From: Mustelus asterias
Lineage: Eukaryota
Length of the DNA: 64,000 nt
Assembly: GCF_964213995.1 (NCBI RefSeq)
Contig: NC_135815.1
Span: forward strand, 8,370,001-8,434,000
Direction of reading: 5' to 3'
Below are positions 24,761 to 36,386 of the stretch, piece after piece. Each line of letters starts with the position of its first letter. Position 1 is the stretch's first letter. The translations under genes were made by a program, and so were the position numbers. The notes under the pieces are model-generated. The model was not told the DNA's origin. It saw nothing but the letters and a program-made list of their open reading frames with translations, and did not search any database.

Positions 24761-25604
24761 ATAATTTGAAAGGACAGAGGGTTGAGGGTGGATTTTTGAG
24801 AAGTTAATGATGCCAGTTTTGAAAGGGAGGTAGGCAGTATATGAGAAGCCAGCAAGGGAGCCTGGCAGTGAAGGTGGAAAGGAACAAAGCAACATGTTTC
24901 TATGTTTAGATAATAAAATGCAGACTATTTGAGGGCGATGCTATTATTATTGTCAGTGTGTCAGCTTGACTTTTCTGCTCAAATCTTGAGTGGGACTTTG
25001 AGTCTCGAGGCCCAGAGGCGAGCGACTTACCCACTGAACCACAGCTGACACTCGGAAACATCATTGCAAAGATTTCAGAAAAAAAGTCACACGCTTGGAT
25101 CGATTCCGATGTGTTCCACCACTCCAGGAAAAATGATTAGTGACACGTTTCAACCAGACATCCACCACTAGGAGGGGGCGACGGTATTGTCATTGGACTA
25201 GTAATCCAGAGGATCAGAGTGACGCTCTGGGGACCCCGGGTTCGAATCCCACCACGGCAGATGGTGAAATTTGAATTCAATAAAAATTTGGAATTATAAG
25301 TTTAATGATGAGCATTGTCGATTGTTGAAAAAACCCATCTGGTTCACTAATGTCCTTTAGGGAAGGAAATCTGCCGTCCTCACCCGGTCTGGTTGACATG
25401 TGACTCCAGAGCCACAGCAATGTGGATGACTCCGAACTGCCCTCAGAAATGGCCGACGGAGACACTCGTTTTCAGGGCAGTTAGGAATGTGTAAGTTAAT
25501 TTGCGAAGACCACTCAAACTATCAACTTTTCAACAGGTCAGAACTTGGCCGCGCATCAAATCAAAATAAAATAGATCTAAGCGTGTGGTTCTCCTTCTGA
25601 AAAG

Positions 25605-25937
25605 GGGCGGCACGGTAGCACAGTGGTTAGCACTGCTGCTTCACAGCTCCAGGGTCCTGGGTTCGATTCCCGGCTCGGGTCACTGTCTGTGTGGAGTCTG
25701 CACATTCTCCTCGTGTCTGCGTGGGTTTCCTCCGGGTGCTCCGGTTTCCTCCCACAGTCCAAAGATGTGCGGGTTCGGTTGATTGGCCAGGTTAAAAATT
25801 GCCCCTTAGAGTCCTGAGATGCGTAGGTTAGCGGGATTAGCGGGTAAAATATGTGGGCCTGGGTGGGATTGTGGTCGGTGCAGACTCGATGGGCCGAATG
25901 GCCTCCTTCTGCACTGTAGGGTTTCTATGATTCTATG
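25605..25937 (+). mobile_element. V-SINE, tail A
   Basis: Full head gggcggcacggtagcacagtggttagc to a ttctatga tail. Confidence 0.85.
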
Positions 25938-26649
25938 AAATCTTTGCAGCTTGTGTTCCAAAATAAAGCTGGGATGGAACCTGTAACGACTTTTAATCAG
26001 GCAACTGAGGTGGGCCTGTTAGAATCTGAACTCCCTGATTAAGGGCCATTCAGGGAGCCTCTTGCTTTGTACTTAACCAGGCGTGTCAGTTCCTCTGGGA
26101 CACTCCGAGTGTGGGCTGCGAACTGAAAGCTCTCTGGATGCTGTTGTCAGACTTGTAAATAAAGGGATTTTGGTGAAGGGACTTCTGCCTCTGAGAACTT
26201 ATTACATAACCCCAAAGCTGCAGGACCCCGTACACTGAAAGCTCACAGCTTACCCTATTTTCCTGTTCGATAGCCAAGCGTGGGGAGAAAGAAGCAACAA
26301 GAGGAAAGTTAGTACAGTGCAACCAGGAGGAATACTTAACGGCAGATGCGGAGAAAAGGTTAAACATTAACTGACAGGAGCAAAGATTAAACACTGGGGG
26401 AGGAGGAGGATTCAAAACCAGGACACCAGGAGGAAGGTCAAACACTACAAGTTGGAGAAAAATACATAAATTGAACAAACGCTTAACATTTGACACCAAA
26501 AGTCGATCAGACGCTGTTCATTACCATTGTAAATGCAGAGTGTACCGAAGGTAAAACCATCATCCCCCCTTCATTTTAAATTCCTATTTTGCATATTTTC
26601 TTGTTTCAATAGATGCTGCAGTGCTATCGACTGATAGTCTCAACAACCA

Positions 26650-26996
26650 GAGGGCGGCACGATAGCACAAGTGGTTAGCACTGCTGCTTCACAGCTCCAG
26701 CGACCTGGGTTCGATTCCCGGCTCGGGTCACTGTCTGTGTGGAGTTTGCACGTTCTCCCCGTGTCTGCGTGGGTTTCCTCCGGGTGCTCCGGTTTCCTCC
26801 CACAGTCCAAAGATGTGCGGGTTAGGTTGATTGGCCATGCTAAAATTGCCCTTAGTGACCTGGGATGCGTAGGTTAGAGGGATTAGTGGGTAAATATGTA
26901 GGGATATGGGGGTAGGGTCTGGGTGGGATTGTGGTTGGTGCAGACTCGATGGGCCGAATGGCCTTTCTCTGTGCTGTAGGGTTTCTAAGATTCTAA
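26650..26996 (+). mobile_element. V-SINE, tail A
   Basis: Full-length copy. Confidence 0.85.
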
Positions 26997-27050
26997 GAAT
27001 ACAGAACAGCCATGCTGTAATCGAAGGAGATCGCTCAGAGTAAAGACTTA

Positions 27051-27180
27051 GGACGGGATTTTCCAGCCACGCTCGCCCCAAGACCGGAAAATTGCGTCCG
27101 AGGTCAATGGACCTTTGCGTGGTCCGCCCGCCCCCCCTCGCTATGATTCCCCTGGCAGGCGGGACGGGAAAATTCCACCC
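27051..27180. mobile_element. MITE, PIF/Harbinger-like
   Basis: Imperfect TIR ggacgggattttcc / ggaaaattccaccc; 3-bp TSD TTA. Confidence 0.55.
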
Positions 27181-27297
27181 TTAAGGCAGGACATATTGGA
27201 ACAATAATTATAATTACAGACATTGAGAATTCCCATTCCGAGAGATGAGGGAAGTTAGCGGAGTGTGAATTATCCTAAGGTATTATGGAGATTATAG

Positions 27298-27603
27298 AAG
27301 CATAGAATCCCTACAATACAGGAGGCCATTGGGCCCATCGAGTCTGCACCGACCACAATCCCACCCAGGCCCTATCCCCATAACACTCATTTACCTTGCT
27401 AATCCCCCTGACACTAGCGACAACTTAGCACGGCCAATCCACCTAACCCGCACATCTTTGGAGTGTGGGAGGAAACCAGAGCACCCGGAGGAAACCCACG
27501 CAGACACGGGGAGAACGTGTAGACTCCACACAGACAGCGACCCAAGACCGGGAATCAAACCCGGGTCCCTGGCGCTGTGAGGCAGCAGTGCCACCGTGCC
27601 ACC
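27298..27603 (-). mobile_element. V-SINE, tail A
   Basis: Reverse copy about 300 bp from the 26650 copy. Confidence 0.8.
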
Positions 27604-28195
27604 ATCATAAACATCTAGCTCATGGCTCAGACTAATACCCGAGGGGTATAAATTTTACTTGTAGGAATATATCTTCCAGGTTGGAGGTTAATGTGTTAAA
27701 TGTAAGAGAAATGGGAAGACTTGGTTGAGGTACTGTAGGGATTCTATGAAAATATCATCTGCTGTGTGTAAACCCAAAGGAAGATTTTCAAATGACTCCT
27801 ACATTTAAAAGTTTTTTTTAAAGTTTAATTATTAGTGTCACAAGAAGGCTTACATTAACACTGCAATGAAGTTACTGTGAAGATCCCCTAGTTGCCACAC
27901 TCCGGTGCCTGCTCGGGTACACTGAGGGAGAATTTAGCACGGCCAATGCACCCTAACCAGCACGTCTTTCAGACTTTCCCATGAAGGTTGTTTCCAAAGT
28001 TTATAAGCTTTCCGATCATTGAACTTCCCGAATTCTGGAATGTTTACCTCTCGGAGAAAGGGAAATGTTCCGATTTGAATGATCAGGAGTACGAGGGAGA
28101 AGCTTCACTGAATGGAAGTGTCAGCTGCCCCCCCCCCCCAGTGCCCCCACCGCTCCAGCACCCCCGCCCCCGCCACCCCCCTCGTGCCCGTTTAC

Positions 28196-28326
28196 CTTTT
28201 GTGGGTGTGCCCATTGGGTTTCTCGTCCGGTGGGAGTTCAATGATCAGCACGCAGGACTGAGCATGCTCAAACCCCTCCCTGTTGTTGGGGGTCTTGGGA
28301 GAACATTGGGTGTCCAATAGGAAAAC
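28196..28326 (-). CDS. ARFGEF3: ARFGEF3 exon
   Basis: VFLLDTQCSPKTPNNREGFEHAQSCVLIIELPPDEKPNGHTHK(R); AG/GT boundaries, phase 0 to 2. Confidence 0.9.
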
Positions 28327-28839
28327 CTGGAGCAGGAGATGAAAGCACTCACGTTACATCTCCCCAACGCTGCCTTAGAAACAAAATGTTCTCGTTCCTG
28401 AACAACACCAGACCCATTTACCCTGAGATACAACAGTTTGAAGGATGGTTTGATCAAGGCTTTTAGAACTTTGATTGGGTGGATAGAGGAAGTCTTTCTG
28501 CTCCGGGGGTAAGGAGGGTAGGGGTCTAGGACAAGGGGACATGACAATAAATTCCGAGCCAGGCATTCCGGAGGCGACTAAGGAAATATCTCTTTCTACA
28601 AAGGGTGGTAGAAATGTGGAACTCACCCACGGTAGATGGGAGTTGAATCAATAATTTTTAAATCTGAGATTACGAGATATTTGCTAATCAAGGGTAGAAA
28701 AGGATAAGGTGTGGGAGGAATAGATGGTGATGAGATGCAGATCAGCCATGGTCTCACGGAGTGACAGAACTGGCCTGTGGGGCTCCAGCTATGTTCTTGA
28801 TCACATCAACAAGGTGGAATTGGGAATTCTTTGGCCCAA

Positions 28840-29295
28840 ACTTGATGGTTTGAGTTATAAGAAGAGGCTGGATAGACTGGGACTATTTTCCTTGCAGCGT
28901 AAGAGACTTAGGGGGGCTCTTATAGAGGTCTATAAAATAACGAGCAGCATAAGATCAGCTCGATAGTCAATATCTTTTCCCAAAGGTAGGGGAGTCCAAA
29001 ACTAGAGGGCATAGGTTTAAGGTGAGAGGGGAGAGATACAAAAGGGTCCAGAGGGGCAATCTTTTTCACATAGAGGGTGGTGAGTGTCTGGAACAAGCTG
29101 CCAGAGGTAGTAGTAGAGGTGGGTACAATTTTGTCTTTTAAAAAGCATTTAGACAATTACATGGGTACGATGGGTATAGAGGGATATGGGCCAAACGCGG
29201 GCAATTGGGACTAGCTTAGTGGTTATAAAAAAGGGCAGCATGGACAGGTTGGGCCGAAGGGCCTGTTTCCATGCTGTAAACCTCCATGACTCTAA
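28840..29295 (+). mobile_element. CR1 3' fragment, same subfamily as 18020
   Basis: Shares gatcagctcgatagtcaatatcttttcccaaaggtaggggagtc and the 3' UTR. Confidence 0.85.
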
Positions 29296-29376
29296 TCAGG
29301 GAATGTTCAGTTTACCCCGCGCTGCCTCGCCCCGTCATTGCAGGGTTGGCCACAAAGGCATGTGTTGGCATGTTAC

Positions 29377-29508
29377 CTGCTGTGCCATCGCGCGGATTCG
29401 CCAGTACTCAGCCTCAGCACTGGCAGAGTGTGACGGAGCCGCCACCTTCACCTCACACGCATCTCCGCTGAAACTGTCCGAGCCGCTCTGGAAACAGGCC
29501 AGGAGGTT
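29377..29508 (-). CDS. ARFGEF3: ARFGEF3 exon
   Basis: NLLACFQSGSDSFSGDACEVKVAAPSHSASAEAEYWRIRAMAQQ; phase 0 to 0. Confidence 0.9.
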
Positions 29509-29930
29509 CTGAAAAGGCAAGAGCAAAAATATAACCCCAAAGAGCTGCTCAGAGTGACAGAGGGAGACACTCGTGTTTCCACACAGACTCTATCACATCT
29601 TGAAAGCTAATGCTGACTGAGTGTGCTGATGGAGGTTAATCAGACTCTGAGGACCAGCGAGGGGGAGCACTCACGTGAAGCTTCCCGACTATTAGCTGCG
29701 ATTGGTGTTCTCTGAGGAAGGATTCTTTCTTTCTTCTCAAATCTTTTGCACCATTCTGAATATCTTTACATTGGGGCCTCCGGCACATCCCAAACTTTAA
29801 TCGTTCCATCACTGGTGGCCCTGCCTAAGCTCTGGAATTCATAGCAACATAGCAGCAGAGGAACAGGATTGGGCCATTCAGCCCCTTGAGCCATGCTCTG
29901 CCATTCAACCAAATCTGGGCCTATCATTCA

Positions 29931-30381
29931 CGCCTCACAGCGCCAGGGACCCGGGTTCGATTCCCGGCTTGGGTCGCTGTCTGTGTGGAGTTTGCACGTT
30001 CACCCCCGTGTCTGCGTGGGTTTCCTCCGGGTGCTCCGGTTTCCTCCCACAGTCCAAAGATGTGCGGGTTAGGTGGGTGGTCATGCTAAATTGCCCCTTA
30101 GTGGGACCCTAAAACCTCACACAGGATCCACCATCCAACACAGATTCCACATGCTCGAGTAGTGAACCTGCCTCTGAACCAGAAGCTCCGGGTTCAAGTC
30201 CCACCCCAGCATTCGATGGCCAAGGAAGATATGTTTATAACGCGGCCAAACAGGGGGGACTAGCTGGGTAAATGCAAGGGGTGATGGCGATAGGGCCTGG
30301 GTAGAATTGTGGTCGGTGCAGACTCGATGGGCCCAATGTCCTCCTTCTGCACTGTAGGGATTCTATGGATTCTATGATTCC
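29931..30381 (+). mobile_element. V-SINE, tail A, with a 149-bp foreign insert
   Basis: Interrupted at 30106-30254. Confidence 0.75.
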
Positions 30382-30489
30382 AGTAAGAGTTTTAACAACA
30401 CCAGGTTAAAGTCCTGGACTTTAACCTGGTGTTGTTAAAACTCTTACTGTGTTCACCCCAGTCCAACACCAGCATCTCCACATCATAAC
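30382..30489. mobile_element. Internally deleted fold-back element, family A
   Basis: Same arms as 36763 but shortened to about 33 bp; flanks ttctatgattcc / ttctatgaatcc. Confidence 0.65.
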
Positions 30490-30708
30490 TTCTATGAATC
30501 CCCCAGCCCTAGACTCACCAAACAGGGGAAATAGTTTTTTCCCGATCTACTTTCCTTGTCCCTCTTAATATATTGAAGATTTTGATTAATTCGATTAGCC
30601 TCCTCTATTCCAGGGAACATGATTAGTTTGTGTAACACAGCTATCGCTGAGTTTCTTCAGCAACTTAATACGCAAAGTACAAATGTTCGGTCGAGGGATT
30701 GGCAGTAC

Positions 30709-30811
30709 CTTCACTGGTTCCAGTGTAACTGTGAAAGCATCCTGAAGGGCGCAGCAAGCCAATCTCCACATCTCATCAGTGAACACGGGTCCAGCTGTAA
30801 CAAGGACGTAC
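30709..30811 (-). CDS. ARFGEF3: ARFGEF3 exon
   Basis: YVLVTAGPVFTDEMWRLACCALQDAFTVTLEPVK; phase 2 to 0. Confidence 0.9.
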
Positions 30812-31477
30812 CTGAAACCAAAATGTCAGCAAAGGTAACTGGCAGGACAGCAATCATTCAAACTCGAGGCACCCTAAAGCCTCACACAGGATCCACCATA
30901 CAACATAGATTCCACATGCTCGGGTAGTGTCCCTGCCTCTGAACCTGAAGCTCCGGGTTCGAGTCCCACCCCAGGATTCGATGGCCAAGGAAGATGCGTT
31001 TATAACGCGGCCAAACAGGCTAAATATCGACCTGCAAATCCTTCCAACAAACACCAATGGCTGTCGGTGAGAGCAGGAGAGACTCCTGGTCAGCCATGTT
31101 TGATGTGGAGTGGCGCCCCTCAAGCGACAGGCTAGTGACCTGTTCCAGGAGAAACTTTTCCATGGGAACAGATGAAAGTCTGCCTCATGCACAATCTTAC
31201 CCACCTTGGCAGGGAATCTTGGGAGGAATATCCATCCATTTCCTTTCCCTATTTATTCTTTCATGGGATGTCAGCATCTGGCAAGGCCCTTCTCTAATTG
31301 CCCTTGAACTGAGTGGCTTGCTCGGCCATTTCAGAGGGCAGTTAAGAGTCATTGTTGTGGATCTGGAGTCACCTGTAGGCCAGACCAGGCAAGGATGGTC
31401 CTTAGTGAGCGAGATGGGTTGTTACAACAATCAATGATTTCATGGTCACCATTGCTAGTTTTAATTCTGCCAGCTGC

Positions 31478-31798
31478 CATGGTGGCAGAGTGGTTGGCAC
31501 TGCTGCCTCACAGCACTAGGGACCCGGGTTCAATTCCAGCCTTGGGTGACTGTGTGGAGTTTGCACATTCTCCCTATGTCTGCGTGGGTTTCCTCCGGGT
31601 GCTCCAGTTACCTCCCACAATCCAAAGATGTGTAGGTTAGGTGGATTGTCCATGCTAAATTGTCCCAAAATTTGGGGGGAATTAGCGGGATAAATACATG
31701 GGATTATGGGTATATGGCCTGGGTAGGATGCTCTTTCAGAGAGTCGGTGCACACTCGATGGGCCAAATGGCCTCCTTCTGTACAGTAGGGATTCTATG
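31478..31798 (+). mobile_element. V-SINE, tail A
   Basis: Head/core/tail, moderately diverged. Confidence 0.8.
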
Positions 31799-32078
31799 GT
31801 GGGATTTGAACCCAGCCACCAGAGCCTACTAGACCAGCGACATTGCCAATGCACCACCATCTCCCCATTGCTCTGTCTGCTCCTGCCCAGTGGATTAGGC
31901 TAGAATTATCCCCCGGAGCTTGGGTAGAACGAGAGAGGAAGGAACGGTACATTCAGTATTAACAATGGCAAGGGGACAGAGAGGTGGGTTGGTGGTATCT
32001 GCTGCAAAGGACCATTCTGTCGCCACTGCCTGATCTCAGTGGAGTCGCTGAGCTGTGTGAAACCTCGGCTGTTCCTAC

Positions 32079-32193
32079 CTGATACAGGAGCAGCCCACTC
32101 GTGAGATGGTTTCGATGGGTTCTGCAATGCAGGACACCAGAAGCTTCAGAAGGTCTTTCAGCATGGCGTTGATGCTGTTCTCGTAGCCGATAT
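32079..32193 (-). CDS. ARFGEF3: ARFGEF3 exon
   Basis: (D)IGYENSINAMLKDLLKLLVSCIAEPIETISRVGCSCI(R); phase 1 to 2. Confidence 0.9.
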
Positions 32194-32680
32194 CTACAAG
32201 TCAAAAAAGAAAAAGACAATTCTGTGGCGGCAAAACCAACAAAAGGCAGGAGGAGGCCATTCGGCCCATCGAGCCTGCTCCAACATTCAGTAAGACCATG
32301 GGTGATCCGATAGTCACCTCAAATCTGCCTCTACCCCCAATAACCTTTCACCCCCTGGCTTACCAAGAATCTATCCATCTCCACCTTCAAATTATTCAGA
32401 TTCCGCTTCCGCTGCCTTTTGAGTTCCAGAGACTCACTCCCTTCTGAGTGAAAACATTTCTCCTCATCTCGGTTTTAAATGGGTGACCCTTTATTCTAGA
32501 TTCCCCCACAAGTGGAAACATCCTCTCCACATCCACCCTGTCAATCCGCCCTCCCCAGATCTTACATATTTCAATCGAGTTGCCTCTTACTCTTCTAAGT
32601 TCCAGCAATCAAACATGACGCTTTTATTTACATCCAAACTGAACTTAACTAAGGTGAGGGGCTGGAGAACTGGCTACAAA

Positions 32681-32993
32681 CCATCCCTACAGTGCAGAAA
32701 GAGGCCATTCGGCCAATCGAGTCTGCACCGACAACAATCCCACCCAGGCCTTTTCCCCATCACCCCACATATTTACCCCGCTAATCCCTCTAACCTACGC
32801 ATCCCGGGACACTAAGGGGCAATTTAACATGGCCAATGCACCTAACTGCACATCTTTGGACTGTGGGAAGAAACAGGAGCACCCGAAGGAAACCCAACGC
32901 AGACACGGGGAGAATGTGCAAACTCCACACAGACAGTGACCCGAGCTGGGAATCTGTGAGGCAACAGTGCTAACCACTGTGCCACCGTGCCGC
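32681..32993 (-). mobile_element. V-SINE, tail A
   Basis: Reverse copy. Confidence 0.8.
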
Positions 32994-33224
32994 TCAGAAG
33001 GGGGACTAATTAATGTTAGGGGGGACTAATAGTCAGTAGCTGGGAAATGACTGAGTGGAGACCACAGGGATCAGTCCTGGTGCCAATCGGATTCCCGGGC
33101 TGGTTATTCTCCTCCTGAACCACGTCACGGATGGTGTTTCCAAGGATAACAAGCTGGAATGGGATTTGAACCCAGTGCGTTTGGCTTAGAGGCAGAGGCT
33201 GTGATCCACAGAGTCACAAAACCT

Positions 33225-33580
33225 CAGCCGCCAGTGTTGTAACGTAAGACGCACACCAGCCAATCTGTGCACAGCAATGTGCCACAAAGAGCAATAAGGT
33301 GGCAGCGAGATAACCTGTCCCTGTTCGACAGGATGAAGGATAATTTATGACCAGGGCACTCGGAAGAACCTCACTGGTTCTTCTTCAGAACAGTGCCTTG
33401 GGATCTTTTACACCTACCTGACAGGGTCTTGGTTTAACATCCCAATCAGAAGGCGCCTCGACCAGACTGAACCTCTCAGTTCCCTGGAGGGTCTGTCCAG
33501 ATTTTGTATTATCTCTAGAGTGGGACTCGAAACTCCAACTTTCTGACCTCGAGGCACGAGCGCCAATGACTGAGGCACAG
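33225..33580 (-). mobile_element. Old DeuSINE (AmnSINE1/SacSINE1-like)
   Basis: Deu-domain-like gtaaaagatcccaaggcactg...gaagaag on -, plus a tRNA-like head. Related copies at about 18570-18875, 37200-37420 and 45145-45390. Confidence 0.55.
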
Positions 33581-33914
33581 AAATATCCAGGGTTTGTCCA
33601 GTCCTGTCCACCGCAGATGTACAGGACGCCTATTGGGTAGCATTCAGGAACAGGGACATGAGCTCATTTGCCTCCTCCCAAGAGTATCCTAACCAGTTGT
33701 AGCACCCACAGTTTGAGGTCAGTTCAGAAACTTGAACCCCGAACTTTCCACCCTCTACCAGACTCTACCTGCAGAGTCACTGGGGAAGTTTATTGCTGCG
33801 CACATCACTGTCAGAATCACCATAACAACTTGTAAGCAATACTGATTGGCTGGCATCTATTTACAAACTTACCTACTGGCATAAGGCCTGTTCCAGCTGC
33901 AAACAAGCTCCTAC

Positions 33915-34091
33915 CTGATTGGATGAAGCAGTGAATGTGCTCCATCACCAGCTCCGAGGACAGACCAATCGCATGCTTGAAATTGGCACCAGCCATCTCC
34001 CAGTACGATTGGTCTCCGTGGTTACGTTGAAGCCACAGGGACATCACTGGAAGGAGGAGATGGGTAACAGCAAAAATCCCAAATCCAGGTC
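33915..34091 (-). CDS. ARFGEF3: ARFGEF3 exon
   Basis: (G)PGFGIFAVTHLLLPVMSLWLQR...NFKHAIGLSSELVMEHIHCFIQS; phase 1 to 1. Confidence 0.9.
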
Positions 34092-34339
34092 CTGCAAAAG
34101 ATAAAGAAAGATCTTTCACTGTGTTTTAAAATTAGGGTAAAATTAATCAATATCTTTGTGACACACCTGGACCTAGGCTGGGACAGTCAACATTTTTGGT
34201 CTCTCAGGGAACTATGGGATAGAGGGAGTGGGTGGGAAGTGGAGTTGAAGCCCAGGATCAGCCATGATCAAATTGAATTGTGAAGCAGGCTCGATGGGCC
34301 GAATGGTCCATTCCTGATCCCACTTCTCCTGTTCTTATC

Positions 34340-34830
34340 CTTTTTAAATTCATTTATGGGATGTTGGCATCGTTGGGTCGGCCAGCATTTGTTGCCCATC
34401 CCTAGTTGCCCTGGAGAAGGTGGTGGTGAGCTACCTTCTTGAACCGCTGCAGTTCATGAGGCATAGGTACACCCACAGTGCTGTTAGGGAGGGAATTCCA
34501 TGATTTTGCCCCAGTGACAGCCAATATATTTCCAAGTCAGGGTGGTGAGTGGCTTGGCGGGGACCTTGCAGGTGGCGGTGTCCCCATGTCCTTGTCCTTC
34601 TGGATGGTATCAATCATGAGTCTGGAAGTTACTGCCTAAGGAACCTTGGTGAGTTGCTGCAGTACATCTTTAGATGGTTCACACGACTGCCACTGCTCAT
34701 CAGTGCTGGAGGGAGTAGATATCTGGGGAAGGGATAGCAATCAACCAGGATGCTTTGTCCTGGATGGTGTTGAGCTTCTTGAGTGTTGTTGGAGCTGCAC
34801 TCATCCAGGCAAGTGGGGAATGTTCCATTA
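34340..34830 (-). mobile_element. LINE 3' fragment (CR1/L2 group), distinct family
   Basis: MEHSPLAWMSAAPTTLKKLNTIQDKA on -; its 3' end matches the tail of SINE family 2. Confidence 0.7.
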
Positions 34831-34864
34831 CAGGTTTAGAGAGAGATGGCAATTGGAGAGTGTG

Positions 34865-35370
34865 GGGAGAAAGAGGCAGGTGGAGGGAGAGAGGGGCAGG
34901 TGGAGGGAGAGAGGGGCAGGTGGAAGGAGAGAGAGGGCAGGTGGAGGGAGAGAGGGGCAGGTGGAGGAATGGAGGGGCAGGTGCGAGGGAGAGGGGGGCA
35001 GGTGCGAGGGAGAGAGGGGCAGGTGGAGGGAGGGGGCAGGTGGAGGGAGAGAGGGGCAGGTTCGAGGGAGAGAGGGGCAGATTCGAGGGAGACAGGGGCA
35101 GGTCCAAGGGAGAGAGGGGCAGGTGGAGGGAGGGGGGCAGGTGGAGGGAGAGAGGGGCAGGTGGAGGTAGGGGGGCAGGTGGAGGGAGAGAGGGGCAGGT
35201 TCGAGGGAGAGAGGGGCAGATTCGAGGGAGACAGGGGCAGGTCCAAGGGAGAGAGGGGCAGGTGGAGGGAGGGGGGCAGGTGGAGGGAGAGAGGGGCAGG
35301 TTCGAGGGAGAGAGGGGCAGGTCCGAGGGAGAGGGGGGACAGGTCGGAGGGAGAGGGAGGAGGGCACAGG
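34865..35370. repeat. Purine-rich ~20-bp minisatellite
   Basis: ggagggagagaggggcaggt with a higher-order block duplication. Confidence 0.85.
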
Positions 35371-35434
35371 TACAGAGAAAAAGAGTGGGGAAGGTGCAGC
35401 AGTCAGTAGAATGCGTCCATCTCATCCTCATTAC

Positions 35435-35563
35435 CTGGTACTTTAGTGACTTCCCGCAGCAGTTCGAACAAGAGGTCCAAGGTGGGGGGCTGGTGCTGGC
35501 GTGGACAGTTGGAGATGGCTGTGGTGAGCTGCTCCAGCAGAAGAATCCAGACTTGAATCAAAC
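35435..35563 (-). CDS. ARFGEF3: ARFGEF3 exon
   Basis: (G)LIQVWILLLEQLTTAISNCPRQHQPPTLDLLFELLREVTKVP; phase 1 to 1. Confidence 0.9.
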
Positions 35564-35631
35564 CTGGAAAAGAAGCAGCAGCAGATAATCCCCCTGGAGA
35601 AAACACCTCAGAGAATCAAAGCTAGAATCAA

Positions 35632-36135
35632 CATAGAGTTCTACAGTGCAGGAGGAGGCCATTCGGCCCATTGAGTCTGCACCAACCACAATCCCACCCA
35701 GGCCCTAACCCCATAACCCCATGCATTTACCCTGCCAACCCCACTGACACTAAGGGGCAATTTAGCACGGCCAATCCACCAGACCTGCATGTCTTTGGAC
35801 TGTGGGAGGAAATCGGAGCACCCGGGGGAAACCCATGCAGACACGGGGAGAACGTGCAAACTTCACACAGACTGTCAACCAAGCCGGGAATTGAACCCGG
35901 GACCCTGGTGCTGCATGTTCTCCTGGCTTTCCTCCGGGTGCTCCGGTTTCCTCCCACAGTCCAAAGATGTGTAGGTTAGTGGATTAGCCATGCTAAATGA
36001 ACCCTCGTGTCAGAGGGGTTAGCAGGGTAAATGCATGGGGTTATGGGGATAGGGCCTGGCTGGGATTGTGGTCGGTGCAGACGCGATGGGCCGAGTGGCC
36101 TCTTCCTGCACTGTAGGGATTCTATGATCCTATGA
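35632..36135. mobile_element. Two 5'-truncated V-SINEs fused head-to-head
   Basis: - copy 35632-35911 and + copy 35912-36135, both tails pointing outward. Confidence 0.8.
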
Positions 36136-36241
36136 TTAAGTTGCAGTTTCCTAGAAGTGATGTCTTGAGGTGGACAAAACATCTTGATTTGGAATAACAA
36201 GTGGCTGAAGTTTTCTAGAGGTAGTTGACCGTTGCGTTTAC

Positions 36242-36386
36242 CCGTGTCGTCATCGAACTCGTTGAGGACGGATTCAATCCCGTCCTCGCTGCTCATCGAG
36301 CGGTTCGGGCCTCGAAACGGCAAACTGGACAGCTGTGCCCCGTGGAAAATCGGCTTGGAAGGCATCTTGTAGATTTTGGCAAGTAA
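36242..36386 (-). CDS. ARFGEF3: ARFGEF3 exon
   Basis: LLAKIYKMPSKPIFHGAQLSSLPFRGPNRSMSSEDGIESVLNEFDDDT; phase 0 to 1. Confidence 0.9.

Noticed and set aside
24232-24895. His/Thr-rich ORFs and the N-terminal extension of the 523-aa ORF
   Set aside because: Translation of a CA-rich microsatellite upstream of the true acceptor at 24231.
25605-25690. tRNA-like sequences with A and B boxes (many copies)
   Set aside because: SINE heads continuous with the V core and a LINE-like tail; not tRNA genes. The recurring short ORFs (WLALLPHSARDPG...) are SINE translations.
34646-35588. Long Gly/Arg/Glu- or Pro-rich ORFs
   Set aside because: Translations of the purine-rich minisatellite.
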